A stretch of DNA of 64,000 bases, taken from sequence record SRR31156797_1515; one strand, written 5' to 3'. This document shows, one piece after another, positions 10,559-20,537 of the stretch (within the stretch, counting starts at the first letter, position 1; every line of letters begins with the position of its first letter). The position numbers and the translations under genes are program-made. The notes under the pieces were generated by a model. That model did no database searches, was not told the origin of the DNA, and was given only the letters and a program-made list of their open reading frames with translations.

Positions 10559-10657
10559 CCGAAGGATGGAAAAGGGATTGCTCCTGTGTTGCAGCGGCTC
10601 TTCGCCGCAGGACCCAGAAAAAGCAATCAGCCGATTTCCCTCCTTCGGTTCTTTTTT
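10559..10657 (+). other. Branched GC-rich inverted-repeat element ending in a T-tract (terminator, ncRNA or dispersed repeat)
   Basis: Nested pairs CCGAAGGA/TCCTTCGG, GGAAA/TTTCC, GATTGCT/AGCAATC and GCGGC/GCCGC. Confidence 0.65.
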
Positions 10658-10751
10658 GCTCGAAGTCAAGTTGAACCGTTAGAATAAACACCGCTTGCAA
10701 TTTCGGCCATTCCTTTTTAAAATGAAGAAAGCAAGCACAAAGGAGAAATCT

Positions 10752-12119
10752 ATGAAAAATTATCCTGTTAAAAAGAATCAGGAACTTGAAGTTGATATTT
10801 TGGATCTTTCCCATGAAGGAAATGGGATCGCCAAAGTCGATGGGTACTTATTATTTATTGAAAACACCCTGCCAAATGAACGTGCCTTAGTCAAAGTGTT
10901 GAAAGTCGGCAACAAATTTGGTTTTGCCAAAGTGATGAAATTGTTGCAAGCAAGTCCTGATCGGCAAGAATTGCCGAATGAAGCATTGTTGCGCACCGGG
11001 ATCGCTCCATTGAGTCATTTGAGCTATGACAAACAATTAGCCTTCAAACAGCAGCAAGTAGAGAATGTTTTGGCTAAAATCGCCAAATTGCCTGAAATCA
11101 CAGTCAATGCGCCAATCGGAATGGAAAAACCATTTGGTTACCGCAACAAAGCGCAAATCCCTGTGCAAAAAATCCATGGGGAATTAACGACTGGATTTTA
11201 CCGCAAAAACAGCCATACTCTGGTACCGATCGAAGACTTTTATATTCAAGATCCAAACATCGATCAAGCAATCATCAAAGTCAGAGATATTTTGCAGCGG
11301 TTCAATGTCAAAGCCTACAATGAAGAAGCCCATGAAGGGTTCTTACGCCACATTGTCGTTCGTCGTGGGCATCACTCAGGTGAAATGATGGTCGTATTAG
11401 TGACACGTAAACCGAAATTCTTCAAAGGAGAAGAAATCGCGGAAGTGATCCACGAAGAGATTCCAGAAGTTGTTTCTGTCATTCAAAACATCAATGAAGA
11501 AAAAACCAATGTGATCATGGGGGAATTCGAGCGTGTGTTGTATGGCAAGTCATCGATCGATGATCAATTATTAGGTAAAACCTTCCAAATCTCAGCGAAA
11601 TCTTTCTACCAAGTCAACACAGCGCAAACAGAAGTCTTGTATCAAACCGCCTTCGAGATGGCGCAACTGTCTGAAAATGATGTCGTTGTGGATGCTTATG
11701 CAGGAATCGGAACGATCGGGATTAGTTTGGCTGATCGCGTGAAAGAAGTGTTAGGGATGGAAGTCATTCCTGAAGCAGTGAACGATGCCAAAGCCAATGC
11801 CAAAAGAAATGGTGTCGAAAACGTGCATTACTTTATCGGTAAAGCCGAAAAAATCATGCCGCAATGGCTACGCGAAGGCATTCAACCGACAGTCGTCTTC
11901 GTTGATCCACCTCGCAAAGGTTTAGATGCTAGCTTTATCGAAACGACTGCTGCGGTTAAACCAGAGCGCATCGTCTACATTTCCTGCAATCCAGCAACTT
12001 TGGCTCGTGACCTCGCGTTATTTGCGGAAGAAGGGTATGTGACAAAAGAAGTCCAACCTGTTGATTTGTTCCCACAAACGACCCATGTAGAGTGTGTCGT
12101 GTTGTTAGAACGTGGTTAA
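10752..12119 (+). CDS. rlmD: 23S rRNA (uracil-C5)-methyltransferase
   Basis: TRAM domain, SFYQVN, DAYAGIGTIG, VDPPRKG, YISCNPATLARD, FPQTTHVE; ATG 10752 after AAGGAG. Confidence 0.95.
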   Translation: MKNYPVKKNQELEVDILDLSHEGNGIAKVDGYLLFIENTLPNERALVKVLKVGNKFGFAKVMKLLQASPDRQELPNEALLRTGIAPLSHLSYDKQLAFKQQQVENVLAKIAKLPEITVNAPIGMEKPFGYRNKAQIPVQKIHGELTTGFYRKNSHTLVPIEDFYIQDPNIDQAIIKVRDILQRFNVKAYNEEAHEGFLRHIVVRRGHHSGEMMVVLVTRKPKFFKGEEIAEVIHEEIPEVVSVIQNINEEKTNVIMGEFERVLYGKSSIDDQLLGKTFQISAKSFYQVNTAQTEVLYQTAFEMAQLSENDVVVDAYAGIGTIGISLADRVKEVLGMEVIPEAVNDAKANAKRNGVENVHYFIGKAEKIMPQWLREGIQPTVVFVDPPRKGLDASFIETTAAVKPERIVYISCNPATLARDLALFAEEGYVTKEVQPVDLFPQTTHVECVVLLERG

Positions 12120-12300
12120 GAAACAACAAGTTTTTTCAGCAATTTTGATTTTGAATTCTTTTTATGGTAAATGTCATAAAATCTTACGATAGCAAAGTTA
12201 CTAGAGAAAGCAAGTCAATTGAGAAATAAGCAACTAAAACCCATCTGTCTATCTAGTTACGTCGATTGTGACGTTTAGAATGGATGAAATATAAAACCAG

Positions 12301-12341
12301 AAACTGGAACTGAAAGATACTCTTTCTGTGCCAGTTTTTTT
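12301..12341 (+). terminator. Intrinsic terminator
   Basis: AAACTGG..GAAAG/CTTTC..CCAGTTT plus T-run. Confidence 0.65.
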
Positions 12342-12541
12342 GTTCTTTCTCACTATTGATGAGCGGGGAAAAAATCAATGCAAAAAGCAGTGAAGCTTCA
12401 AATATGTAGAGATCCAAATCCTTTAACAAAATGGTTTATCGGCAATTTATAGTTAATGTGTATAAAAATATGGCGTGTGGTGATTAGAAAGTATTATAAT
12501 AAACGTAGTGAATAGAAAATTTTTGTTAGGAGGGATTACAC

Positions 12542-14203
12542 ATGGCAACGATTCGTGCATTTTCACACAAAGAGATTACACCGCAGAATACGCATTTGTC
12601 GAGTTTTAAAGTGTTGATAGAGTCAGCTTTTTATGGGAACAATGTCACTTGGATTCATGATCTAGCCACGGCCTATCGCTTAGCAAAAGAATCTTCTGGC
12701 GCTATTCTTACGGATATGCCGGTCACACACACCAAGGAGTTAGGACTACCGGAGGATGCTAAAGTCATCGTGTTTAATGACGGAAAAGTTGTTGGACGGA
12801 CAGCGGCAGCTCGACGCATCATCGGACATCCCGGGATTGATCGAAAATTGTATGAAGGGATTTTAAGAGATGCTTTATTTCAAGGGACACGTAAAAAATT
12901 CTATGGCGGTGAAGTTGTTGTAGGGTTAGACGAAGCGTTTATGGTCAAAGCACACCTGTTGCTACCAGAGTACTATGAAACCAATTTTTATTCTTATTTG
13001 TTGAATTTTCAAATGCTGACGAAATCATGGCAGGAAAGGTATCAACATTCCAAGAACTATCCAGAGACAGATATTTTCTTGTACGCTGATCCGGACTGGA
13101 CACATCCTGATTTTCCTTATGGGCTGTCTCTCTTTGATCCTGAACACAATGTTGCGGCAGTCTTAGGCTTAAACTATTTTGGTGAATTGAAAAAAGCGAC
13201 ATTAACTTTGGCTTGGGCTACCGCGCATCGCAATGGCTTTGTGGCGTGTCATGGAGGAATGAAGCAATATCAGCTACCGAATCGAACATTTACGATAGCT
13301 GCTTTTGGTCTTTCAGGATCAGGAAAATCGACCATTACATTGGCAGAACATGATGGCAAATATGATATCAAGGTTCTGCATGACGATGCGTTTGTGATCA
13401 ATCAAACAAATGGTGCGTCCACTGCTCTGGAGCCTTCTTATTTTGATAAAACGCAAGACTATCCATTAACCAACCCAAATGTCCGCTACTTTATCACCTG
13501 TCAAAATGTTGGGGTTACTTTAGACGAGGAAGTAAAAAAGGTCATCGTCACCCAAGATATTCGTAACGGGAATGGTCGAACCGTCAAATCACGGTATGTC
13601 ACACCTAACCGGGTGGATCATTTAGATTCGCCGATCGATGCAGTATTTTGGATCATGAAAGATGACACGCTACCTCCTGTAGTAAAAATTGACGATCCGA
13701 TTTTAGCCGCTGTTTTTGGTTTGACCTTAGCTACGAAGCGCACGACAGCTGAACATATTGTCGAGACCACGGATATAGATAAACTGGTCATCGAACCTTA
13801 TGCCAATCCATTTAGGGTCTATCCTTTAGGGGAAGATTTTGCCCATTTCATGCACTTGTTTAAAGAAAACCAAACGGCTTGTTACATTCTAAATACAGGC
13901 TTTTACAAAGGCAAGAAAGTCACGCCTGAAGTCACACTAACATCGATTGAAAAAATTGTGGAAGGCGAGGCTGAATTTAAAAATTTCGGTGGGATCACCG
14001 AAATGAGTTTCCTGCCAGTAACAGGCTTTAAAGTCGATTTTCAAGATGCCTCCTATGTTTCTCATTTAAGAGAGCGGATGCAAGGACGGCTGGACTTTAT
14101 TTTGGCTCAAGAAACAGAAAATGATGGCTATAATAAGTTGCCTAAAGAGGTAGCAAAGGCAATGGAAAATGTGATTTCTACATTAAATGAGTTTCCTAGC
14201 TAA
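12542..14203 (+). CDS. pckA: Phosphoenolpyruvate carboxykinase (ATP), streptococcal type
   Basis: YFGELKK, ACHGG, P-loop GLSGSGKST, LHDD and PYANPF motifs. Confidence 0.88.
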   Translation: MATIRAFSHKEITPQNTHLSSFKVLIESAFYGNNVTWIHDLATAYRLAKESSGAILTDMPVTHTKELGLPEDAKVIVFNDGKVVGRTAAARRIIGHPGIDRKLYEGILRDALFQGTRKKFYGGEVVVGLDEAFMVKAHLLLPEYYETNFYSYLLNFQMLTKSWQERYQHSKNYPETDIFLYADPDWTHPDFPYGLSLFDPEHNVAAVLGLNYFGELKKATLTLAWATAHRNGFVACHGGMKQYQLPNRTFTIAAFGLSGSGKSTITLAEHDGKYDIKVLHDDAFVINQTNGASTALEPSYFDKTQDYPLTNPNVRYFITCQNVGVTLDEEVKKVIVTQDIRNGNGRTVKSRYVTPNRVDHLDSPIDAVFWIMKDDTLPPVVKIDDPILAAVFGLTLATKRTTAEHIVETTDIDKLVIEPYANPFRVYPLGEDFAHFMHLFKENQTACYILNTGFYKGKKVTPEVTLTSIEKIVEGEAEFKNFGGITEMSFLPVTGFKVDFQDASYVSHLRERMQGRLDFILAQETENDGYNKLPKEVAKAMENVISTLNEFPS

Positions 14204-14277
14204 TTCCATTGAATCAAACTTCCGCAAGCGGCTTTTCTTCCTGAAACACTTACTTTGTTAGCCAGAAAGGAGCGATT

Positions 14278-14706
14278 ATGAACATTCAGTTTCACCATAT
14301 CCAAATCACAGTCAATGATGTAAAAAAAGCAGAAGGTTTTTATGATCAATTATTTGCACTATTAGGTTTCGACCTTCAGAAGAAATATTCTGGGTATTTA
14401 GAACATGCCGAGATGGAAGTAGTAGAATATATAGGGGATTCATTTGATTTCGGTATTTGTTCCCCACGAAAAGAATGGAAGAAGGAGAAAATCGATTCAA
14501 GAAAACCTGGCTCGGTTCAGCACATGGCGTTTAAGGCGGAAAGCCGCGAAGTAGTAGATGCGATCTTTCCCAAAATAAAAACCTTAGGGGTAAAGATCCT
14601 TCACGATCGACCAATGGAGTACAAAGAGCGCATCGCTCCTAACTACTATGCCTTATTCTTTGAAAGCCCAGAAGGCATTCGTTTTGAGCTATTTCATTAT
14701 GCCTGA
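14278..14706 (+). CDS. VOC/glyoxalase family protein
   Basis: FHHIQITV, HMAF and FFESPEGIRFE metal-ligand pattern. Confidence 0.85.
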   Translation: MNIQFHHIQITVNDVKKAEGFYDQLFALLGFDLQKKYSGYLEHAEMEVVEYIGDSFDFGICSPRKEWKKEKIDSRKPGSVQHMAFKAESREVVDAIFPKIKTLGVKILHDRPMEYKERIAPNYYALFFESPEGIRFELFHYA

Positions 14707-15037
14707 TTCCTTTAACTAGAAGAGTGTGGCATTAAATTATTGCGTGAGCGCGTTCTTATTAAGGTGATCTTTCATTAAGGGGCTAGCATAATCAGGCGAG
14801 TTTAGAGAGAAACTTTTTTAGAACCTGTCATCAGGAAAATCTGTACACTCTTGTTTTAAGTACGTCCATCCTGAAAAACTCGTTGGTTCCTAAAATTTAT
14901 TTGGACAATTCGAATACAAAAATTTAACTCATGTGTTGAAAAACGTCGATTTTATCATTCTAGAAGCTGTTGCATTGTGGGTCAATAAGGATTGTTGCGT
15001 TGATTGCAGGGCACTTAAGAAATGGAGGAGGAACAAT

Positions 15038-15868
15038 ATGGATCAGACGGTTCAGCAAGATATCGAAGCGATCATTTCCCGTCAATATGATCATGGCGCC
15101 GATTTATGGTCGACGCCAGACCATAAATTACTGAAAGGAGCACCCTTTACAACCTTAGAGTGTCCTCATTATTTGCTTGAACTTGGTATGTCGCCTGAGG
15201 AGAACTTATTAAAAGAGACCGCTGCATTGATCTTTCAAGGATGGAGAGAAGATGGCAGATTTAAAATTTCGCCATCAGGGGGGATTTATCCCTGTCATAC
15301 AGCGCTGGCTTTGCGAACGCTGTGTGCTCTTGGTTACGCAAGGGACCCGCGGCTACAACAGACCTTTCACTATTTTCTTGCTACTCAGGAAACAGATGGC
15401 GGCTGGAAGTGCAATAAATACAGTTTTGGTCGCGGCCCGGAGACCCGCTATTCAACCCCGATGACGACGTTAACGGTCCTTGATGCCTTTCGATATACTC
15501 ATGATCGTGAACAGATGGAAACACTTAATCAAGCAATCGAATGCTTGCTTGCTCATTGGGAGATTCGTCAGCCAATCAGTCCCTGTCATTACGGAATGGG
15601 CACATTGTTTATGCAGACAGAATACCCCTTTAGAGGGTACAATCTTTTTTATTATCTGTATGTCTTGTCTTTTTATCCTTCTGCCAGAAAAGACGCACGG
15701 TTTCTGGAGGCTTTGCAGCAGTTTGAATCGAAAGTTAAAAATGGCAATGTTATTGTAGAACGGGTTGTACCAAAACTGGGGAAACTGAATTTTTGTAAAA
15801 AAGGACAAATTAGTTCCTTCGCCACCCGACGGTACCAAGAAATCCTTGCTCACTTGGCAGAAGATTAA
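15038..15868 (+). CDS. Prenyltransferase/squalene-oxidase-repeat protein, function unknown
   Basis: WREDGRF and QETDGGW QW-like motifs; ATG 15038 after GGAGGAGG. Confidence 0.75.
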   Translation: MDQTVQQDIEAIISRQYDHGADLWSTPDHKLLKGAPFTTLECPHYLLELGMSPEENLLKETAALIFQGWREDGRFKISPSGGIYPCHTALALRTLCALGYARDPRLQQTFHYFLATQETDGGWKCNKYSFGRGPETRYSTPMTTLTVLDAFRYTHDREQMETLNQAIECLLAHWEIRQPISPCHYGMGTLFMQTEYPFRGYNLFYYLYVLSFYPSARKDARFLEALQQFESKVKNGNVIVERVVPKLGKLNFCKKGQISSFATRRYQEILAHLAED

Positions 15869-15975
15869 GGAAAAAACAGTCCTTTGGAATGTTCCTCCAT
15901 CTAGACGATTCTTTTTCTTTTCTGGTACACTGTCTCTAAAGAACCGACCGAATAATCAACAGAGGGGAGAAAGAC

Positions 15976-16668
15976 ATGCAAAAAATCTATCTGGTTGAAG
16001 ATGATGCGACGATCGTCTCTGTTTTAGCCGATTATTTGCAGCAGTGGGGATACGAATGCCATTCGGCCAAGAATTTTGCTGAACTCTTGCAAGAGTTTCA
16101 CGACATCAAACCTGATCTCGTTCTTTTAGATATCTCCTTGCCTTATTACAATGGGTATCATTGGTGCCAAGAAATTCGCAAGGAGTCAGAAGTACCGATC
16201 ATTTTTCTTTCGTCGATGGATCAGCAGATGAATCAAATCATGGCGATGAACATGGGGGCGGATGATTATTTAACAAAACCCTTTGATTTAGCCTTCGTTT
16301 TGGCAAAAATCCAAGCGTTGCTACGGCGCAGCTATCAGTATAGCCACCAACAAGCGCTGACCTTTGACATAGGGCAAGTAACCTTTTATCCAACAGAAAA
16401 TGTATTAAAAAATCAGGGGGAACAGTTGCCGCTTTCTCCAAATGAAGCTCGGATTCTTTCCTTGCTTTTGCAGCATCGAGGGAAGATCGTAGCCAAAGAG
16501 ACCATCATTGAAATGCTCTGGAATAGTGAAGAGTTCATCGATAACAATACATTAGCAGTCAATATGACTCGTTTGCGAAAAAAATTGAGCCAGATCGAAC
16601 TATCCGATTTGATCCAAACGGTAAAGAATAAAGGCTATTTGATAGAAAAGGAACACGCCTATGACTAA
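15976..16668 (+). CDS. OmpR-family response regulator, BceR/GraR-like
   Basis: LLDISLPYYNGYHWCQEIRK, MAMNMGADDY and NTLAVNMTRLRKKL are typical of the BceR group. Confidence 0.9.
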   Translation: MQKIYLVEDDATIVSVLADYLQQWGYECHSAKNFAELLQEFHDIKPDLVLLDISLPYYNGYHWCQEIRKESEVPIIFLSSMDQQMNQIMAMNMGADDYLTKPFDLAFVLAKIQALLRRSYQYSHQQALTFDIGQVTFYPTENVLKNQGEQLPLSPNEARILSLLLQHRGKIVAKETIIEMLWNSEEFIDNNTLAVNMTRLRKKLSQIELSDLIQTVKNKGYLIEKEHAYD

Positions 16669-17644
16669 TGTGAAAGAATATTTCGTGTTGTATGGAAAGT
16701 TTTATCTCGTTTACCTGCTATTTAGTGCGGGTCTACTAGGGTTATTCTTTCTTCACAGCCTTCCATTAGAACCCTTCATTGACTATGCGGTTTTTTCAGG
16801 GGTGATTTTAGGAGGTCTTTCCCTTTTTCATTATTTTCGTTACGCACAAAAAAGAAAGCAGCTACAGCATTTATTAAGAAAAGAACGTATGACGGAAGCG
16901 GCGTTGGCGTTCTTGCCGACCACTCGAAATCGGCTAGAAGACGAGTATCAAACGCTTCTTAGGCAGATGGCAAAAGAAAAAACTCTGTCTGAATACAAAG
17001 CGACCGTGAAAAATGAAGAAATTTATGAAGATTTCGGCTTGTGGCTTCATCAAATCAAAACGCCTCTAGCGGCGTTGGATCTTTTGGTTCAAAGCGATAC
17101 CCTGTCACCGACGGAGGTCAAAGCGGAATTATTTAAGGTGAACGATTACTTGCAAATGATGTTGAATTATTTGCGACAAAATTTAGCGAATGATGATTTT
17201 GTCTTTGAGTCGATTGCTTTAGAGCCCCTTGTTCGTCAAACAATCAAAAAGTATGCCTTGTTTTTCTCGAAAAAGAATCTGCAACTGGATATGGCAGTGG
17301 ATTTGACGGTGACATCTGATCGAAAGTGGCTCATTTTTATTTTTGAACAGGTTCTTTTCAACAGCTTGAAGTATACTGAAACCGGTGGCATTAATGTTTT
17401 CACTAAAGACAATGCCTTAGTGATTCAAGATAGCGGCATTGGTATTCGTAAGGAAGACTTGCCAAGGGTGTTTGAGAAAGGATATACGGGACAAAATGGT
17501 CGCTTTCAGCAACGAGCGAGCGGGCTAGGCTTATATATGAGTCAACAAGCGGCTGAAAAAATCGGCTGCCGTTTAGCGATTGATTCTGAAGTGGGACAGG
17601 GAACCATCGTCACACTTCATTTTCCCACCACAAATAACCGATAG
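16661..17644 (+). CDS. Intramembrane-sensing histidine kinase, BceS-like
   Basis: Two N-terminal TM helices with no extracellular domain, WLHQIKTP H-box, DSGIGI, FEKGYTG, SGLGLY. Confidence 0.9.
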   Translation: MTNVKEYFVLYGKFYLVYLLFSAGLLGLFFLHSLPLEPFIDYAVFSGVILGGLSLFHYFRYAQKRKQLQHLLRKERMTEAALAFLPTTRNRLEDEYQTLLRQMAKEKTLSEYKATVKNEEIYEDFGLWLHQIKTPLAALDLLVQSDTLSPTEVKAELFKVNDYLQMMLNYLRQNLANDDFVFESIALEPLVRQTIKKYALFFSKKNLQLDMAVDLTVTSDRKWLIFIFEQVLFNSLKYTETGGINVFTKDNALVIQDSGIGIRKEDLPRVFEKGYTGQNGRFQQRASGLGLYMSQQAAEKIGCRLAIDSEVGQGTIVTLHFPTTNNR

Positions 17645-17716
17645 CCGCAAACTTTCAACACTGTAAGTTTGCGGTTTTTATTGTAAGTCGCTTTTTTCTG
17701 CCAGTCAGCTTATTCT
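17645..17716 (+). promoter_or_regulatory. BceR-type operator and promoter of the ABC transporter, overlapping the kinase terminator
   Basis: CTTTCA-N4-TGTAAG (17652-17667), second TGTAAG (17682-17687), -10 TATTCT (17711-17716); stem CCGCAAACTT/AAGTTTGCGG plus T5. Confidence 0.75.
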
Positions 17717-17737
17717 AAAAAGGAAGGAGGGAACAAG

Positions 17738-18496
17738 ATGACACTTTTAAACATTCAACAAGTAAAAAAAATCTATCAAAGCCAGCTGAATGGGCAACCC
17801 GTCGAAGCGTTGAAGAATATCACCTTTAAGGTAGAAGAAGGGGAATATGTAGCCATCATGGGGGAATCAGGTTCGGGGAAGAGTACGCTACTGAACTTGA
17901 TGGCGACGTTAGACCAACCGACAGCGGGTGAGATGCAGCTGAATGGCATCGATTTGACCACCATCAAAGAAAAAGATGCAGCAAGTTTTCGACGGGATCA
18001 CTTAGGCTTTGTCTTTCAAGACTTTAATTTATTGGACACTTTTACGGTAAAGGACAATATTTTATTGCCATTAGTTTTATCGAAAGTTTGCGTCAAACAA
18101 ATGGAATTGCAGCTTCAGCCTATTGTACAAACTTTAGGGATCGCCGATTTATTGCAGCATTACCCGTATGAATTGTCTGGCGGACAAAAGCAACGTGTTG
18201 CCGTCGCACGAGCGATCATCACAAAACCAGAACTGCTATTAGCAGATGAGCCAACCGGAGCGCTGGATTCGAAAACCTCTGATCAACTACTGACATTATT
18301 TCAGCAGATCAATCAAAACGGACAGACGATCGTGATGGTCACCCACAGTTCGATCGCAGCCAGTCGCGCACAACGCGTCTTGTTTATCAAAGACGGGTAT
18401 GTATTTCACCAGTTGTATCGAGGAGAACGGAGTGATACCGCTTTTCTAGAAGCAATCGCCGAAACAATGACTGCTGTTTTTGCGAAGGAGGAGTAA
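17738..18496 (+). CDS. ABC transporter ATPase, BceA-like
   Basis: GESGSGKST, LSGGQKQR, LADEPTGALDS. Confidence 0.92.
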   Translation: MTLLNIQQVKKIYQSQLNGQPVEALKNITFKVEEGEYVAIMGESGSGKSTLLNLMATLDQPTAGEMQLNGIDLTTIKEKDAASFRRDHLGFVFQDFNLLDTFTVKDNILLPLVLSKVCVKQMELQLQPIVQTLGIADLLQHYPYELSGGQKQRVAVARAIITKPELLLADEPTGALDSKTSDQLLTLFQQINQNGQTIVMVTHSSIAASRAQRVLFIKDGYVFHQLYRGERSDTAFLEAIAETMTAVFAKEE

Positions 18497-18499
18497 CGA

Positions 18500-20473
18500 A
18501 TGTTCTTTCAAAAAATCGCCTTCTCCAATTTACGTAAAAATGCCAAAGCCTACACACCCTTTTTAGTATCCATGAGTTTCTTGGTAGCTGTTTTGATGAT
18601 GACGCAAATCATCGTGAACAATCCGGGGATGAAGGAACTTCCTAGTAGTCAAAGCGCCATTTTCATGTTTCATTTAGGAAATATCATCCTGATGATCTTT
18701 GCGGCGATCTTTTCCTTTTACACCAATAACTTTTTGATCAAGCAGCGAAAAAAAGAATTTGGTCTCTACAATGTTTTGGGACTAGGAAAACGCGAGATAG
18801 CCTTCGTGGTCTTTTGGGAACTCTTTTACAGTTTTCTTATTAGTCTTGCGGCCGGGTTGATCAGCGGCTTATTGTTTGCACGATTAGGATTTTTGATTCT
18901 GAAGAAAATCTTAGCCGTAGGTGAATTCTTTGTTTTTAAACTTTCATTTGAGAGCATTGGATTTGTGATCCTCTATTTTATGTGCGTGTTTGGTTGTCTA
19001 TTTTTATTTGACCTGTTGCAAGTACGCAAAACCAATCCACTTCAATTACTACAGGGAAGCAAGCGTAATGAAAAAGAGCCTCGCGCGAAAGGCATTTTAG
19101 CACTATTAGGTGTCCTTTGTTTAGTGGCGGGCTATACGATCTCTGTGACGATCAAGTCTCCCATCAGTGCCTTAGGCCTGTTCTTTGTCGCCGTCATCCT
19201 CGTAATCTTGGCTACCTATCTGTTGTTTATTGCTGGTAGTATCAAAGCATTGCAGTTTTTAAGAAAACGAACGACCTATTATTATCAAACGACCCATTTT
19301 ATCAATATCTCTACCATGCTGTATCGGATGAAGCAAAATGCGGCTGGTTTAGCAAGTATTTGTATTTTATCAACGATGGTGTTAGTGACAGTTGCTACGA
19401 CCGCCAGTCTTTACTTTGGACAAAAGAATGTGATCGAAACTCGTTTTCCATACGATGTTCAAATTGAGTCAGCGGCTGATTCCCAGCAAATCAACACAGT
19501 GATTGATGGACTTGAAGAGAAGCTAACGATCAAAGAGCGCCAGCAAGTCACTACAACAAGACCATTGCTTTTTACCTTTGAGGGCCTAAACTTTGTTCCT
19601 TCAACCACTTTTGAAGAAAATAGTGATAGTTTAGATAAAGCCGTGTACCTTACTTTTCTTACCAGGTCTGAATACCATGAAATCAGCGGGAAAACAGGAC
19701 CTGCTGAAGATGAATTATTTGTTTTTCCCGCAACTTGGACCCAACAAGCATTACCAGAAAAGACCACGATCGATGATCGTCAATTTCGTTTGCGGGAATT
19801 GAAGGAACTGCCAACATTCACGAAAACAGAAAACCCGGTTCAGCATCTTGTTCTTGTGGCGGATGATCAGTGGCTTACTGAAAAGCTAAGCTCTTGGTAT
19901 CAAAAAGAAGATTTTCAACTTTACCAGCAACCAATGACAACAACAGTCTTTAATTTTCAAGCAGCAGAAGCAAGCGATCGCGAAGCGATCGCAAAAGAGA
20001 TTCGCAGCGAACTTCTGGCAGCAGATGCTCATGCGAGTGTTCAGTCAAAAGATCTTTTTGAAGGTGAGACCAAAACCTTTACCGGCGGCTTCTTCTTCTT
20101 AGGCTTGATTTTTGGTGTGGTCTTTATTTTAGCTGCCGCATTGATCATTTATTATAAACAAGTTTCCGAAGGGATGGAGGACAAAGAACGCTTCGAGATC
20201 TTGCAAAAAGTTGGGTTAAGCCATAAGGAAGTCAAACAAGTGATCCAGCAGCAAGTCTTGATGATTTTCTCATTTCCATTGGCGGCAGCGATCATCCATC
20301 TCGCATTTGCTTTGCCGATGATTCGGAAGTTGTTGCTTCTTTTTGGTCTGACAGATCGCAACTTATTGATCACGGTATTGATTATCTCTGTTCTGCTGTT
20401 TACAATGATCTATTTAATGGTGTATTTCATCACTGCAAGAGTCTACTACCGACTTGTGGAGCGAAAACAATAG
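18500..20473 (+). CDS. ABC transporter permease, BceB-like (FtsX family)
   Basis: RKKEFGLYNVLG, large extracellular loop, IYYKQVSEG and ILQKVGL; about 10 TM helices. Confidence 0.92.
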   Translation: MFFQKIAFSNLRKNAKAYTPFLVSMSFLVAVLMMTQIIVNNPGMKELPSSQSAIFMFHLGNIILMIFAAIFSFYTNNFLIKQRKKEFGLYNVLGLGKREIAFVVFWELFYSFLISLAAGLISGLLFARLGFLILKKILAVGEFFVFKLSFESIGFVILYFMCVFGCLFLFDLLQVRKTNPLQLLQGSKRNEKEPRAKGILALLGVLCLVAGYTISVTIKSPISALGLFFVAVILVILATYLLFIAGSIKALQFLRKRTTYYYQTTHFINISTMLYRMKQNAAGLASICILSTMVLVTVATTASLYFGQKNVIETRFPYDVQIESAADSQQINTVIDGLEEKLTIKERQQVTTTRPLLFTFEGLNFVPSTTFEENSDSLDKAVYLTFLTRSEYHEISGKTGPAEDELFVFPATWTQQALPEKTTIDDRQFRLRELKELPTFTKTENPVQHLVLVADDQWLTEKLSSWYQKEDFQLYQQPMTTTVFNFQAAEASDREAIAKEIRSELLAADAHASVQSKDLFEGETKTFTGGFFFLGLIFGVVFILAAALIIYYKQVSEGMEDKERFEILQKVGLSHKEVKQVIQQQVLMIFSFPLAAAIIHLAFALPMIRKLLLLFGLTDRNLLITVLIISVLLFTMIYLMVYFITARVYYRLVERKQ

Positions 20474-20537
20474 CCGTTAAAAAAAGTTAGTCGAACGAGT
20501 CGTCACCGACAGGACCTACAGTAAAATAGAATGTGAG

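Noticed and set aside
10559-10657. Known riboswitch, ribozyme or SRP RNA identity for the typA-rlmD structure
   Set aside because: I could not match the conserved cores by eye; left unassigned pending an Rfam search.
10180-10814. 148-aa and 152-aa minus-strand ORFs across the typA-rlmD junction
   Set aside because: Overlap conserved genes in antisense, with no RBS and no recognisable domain.
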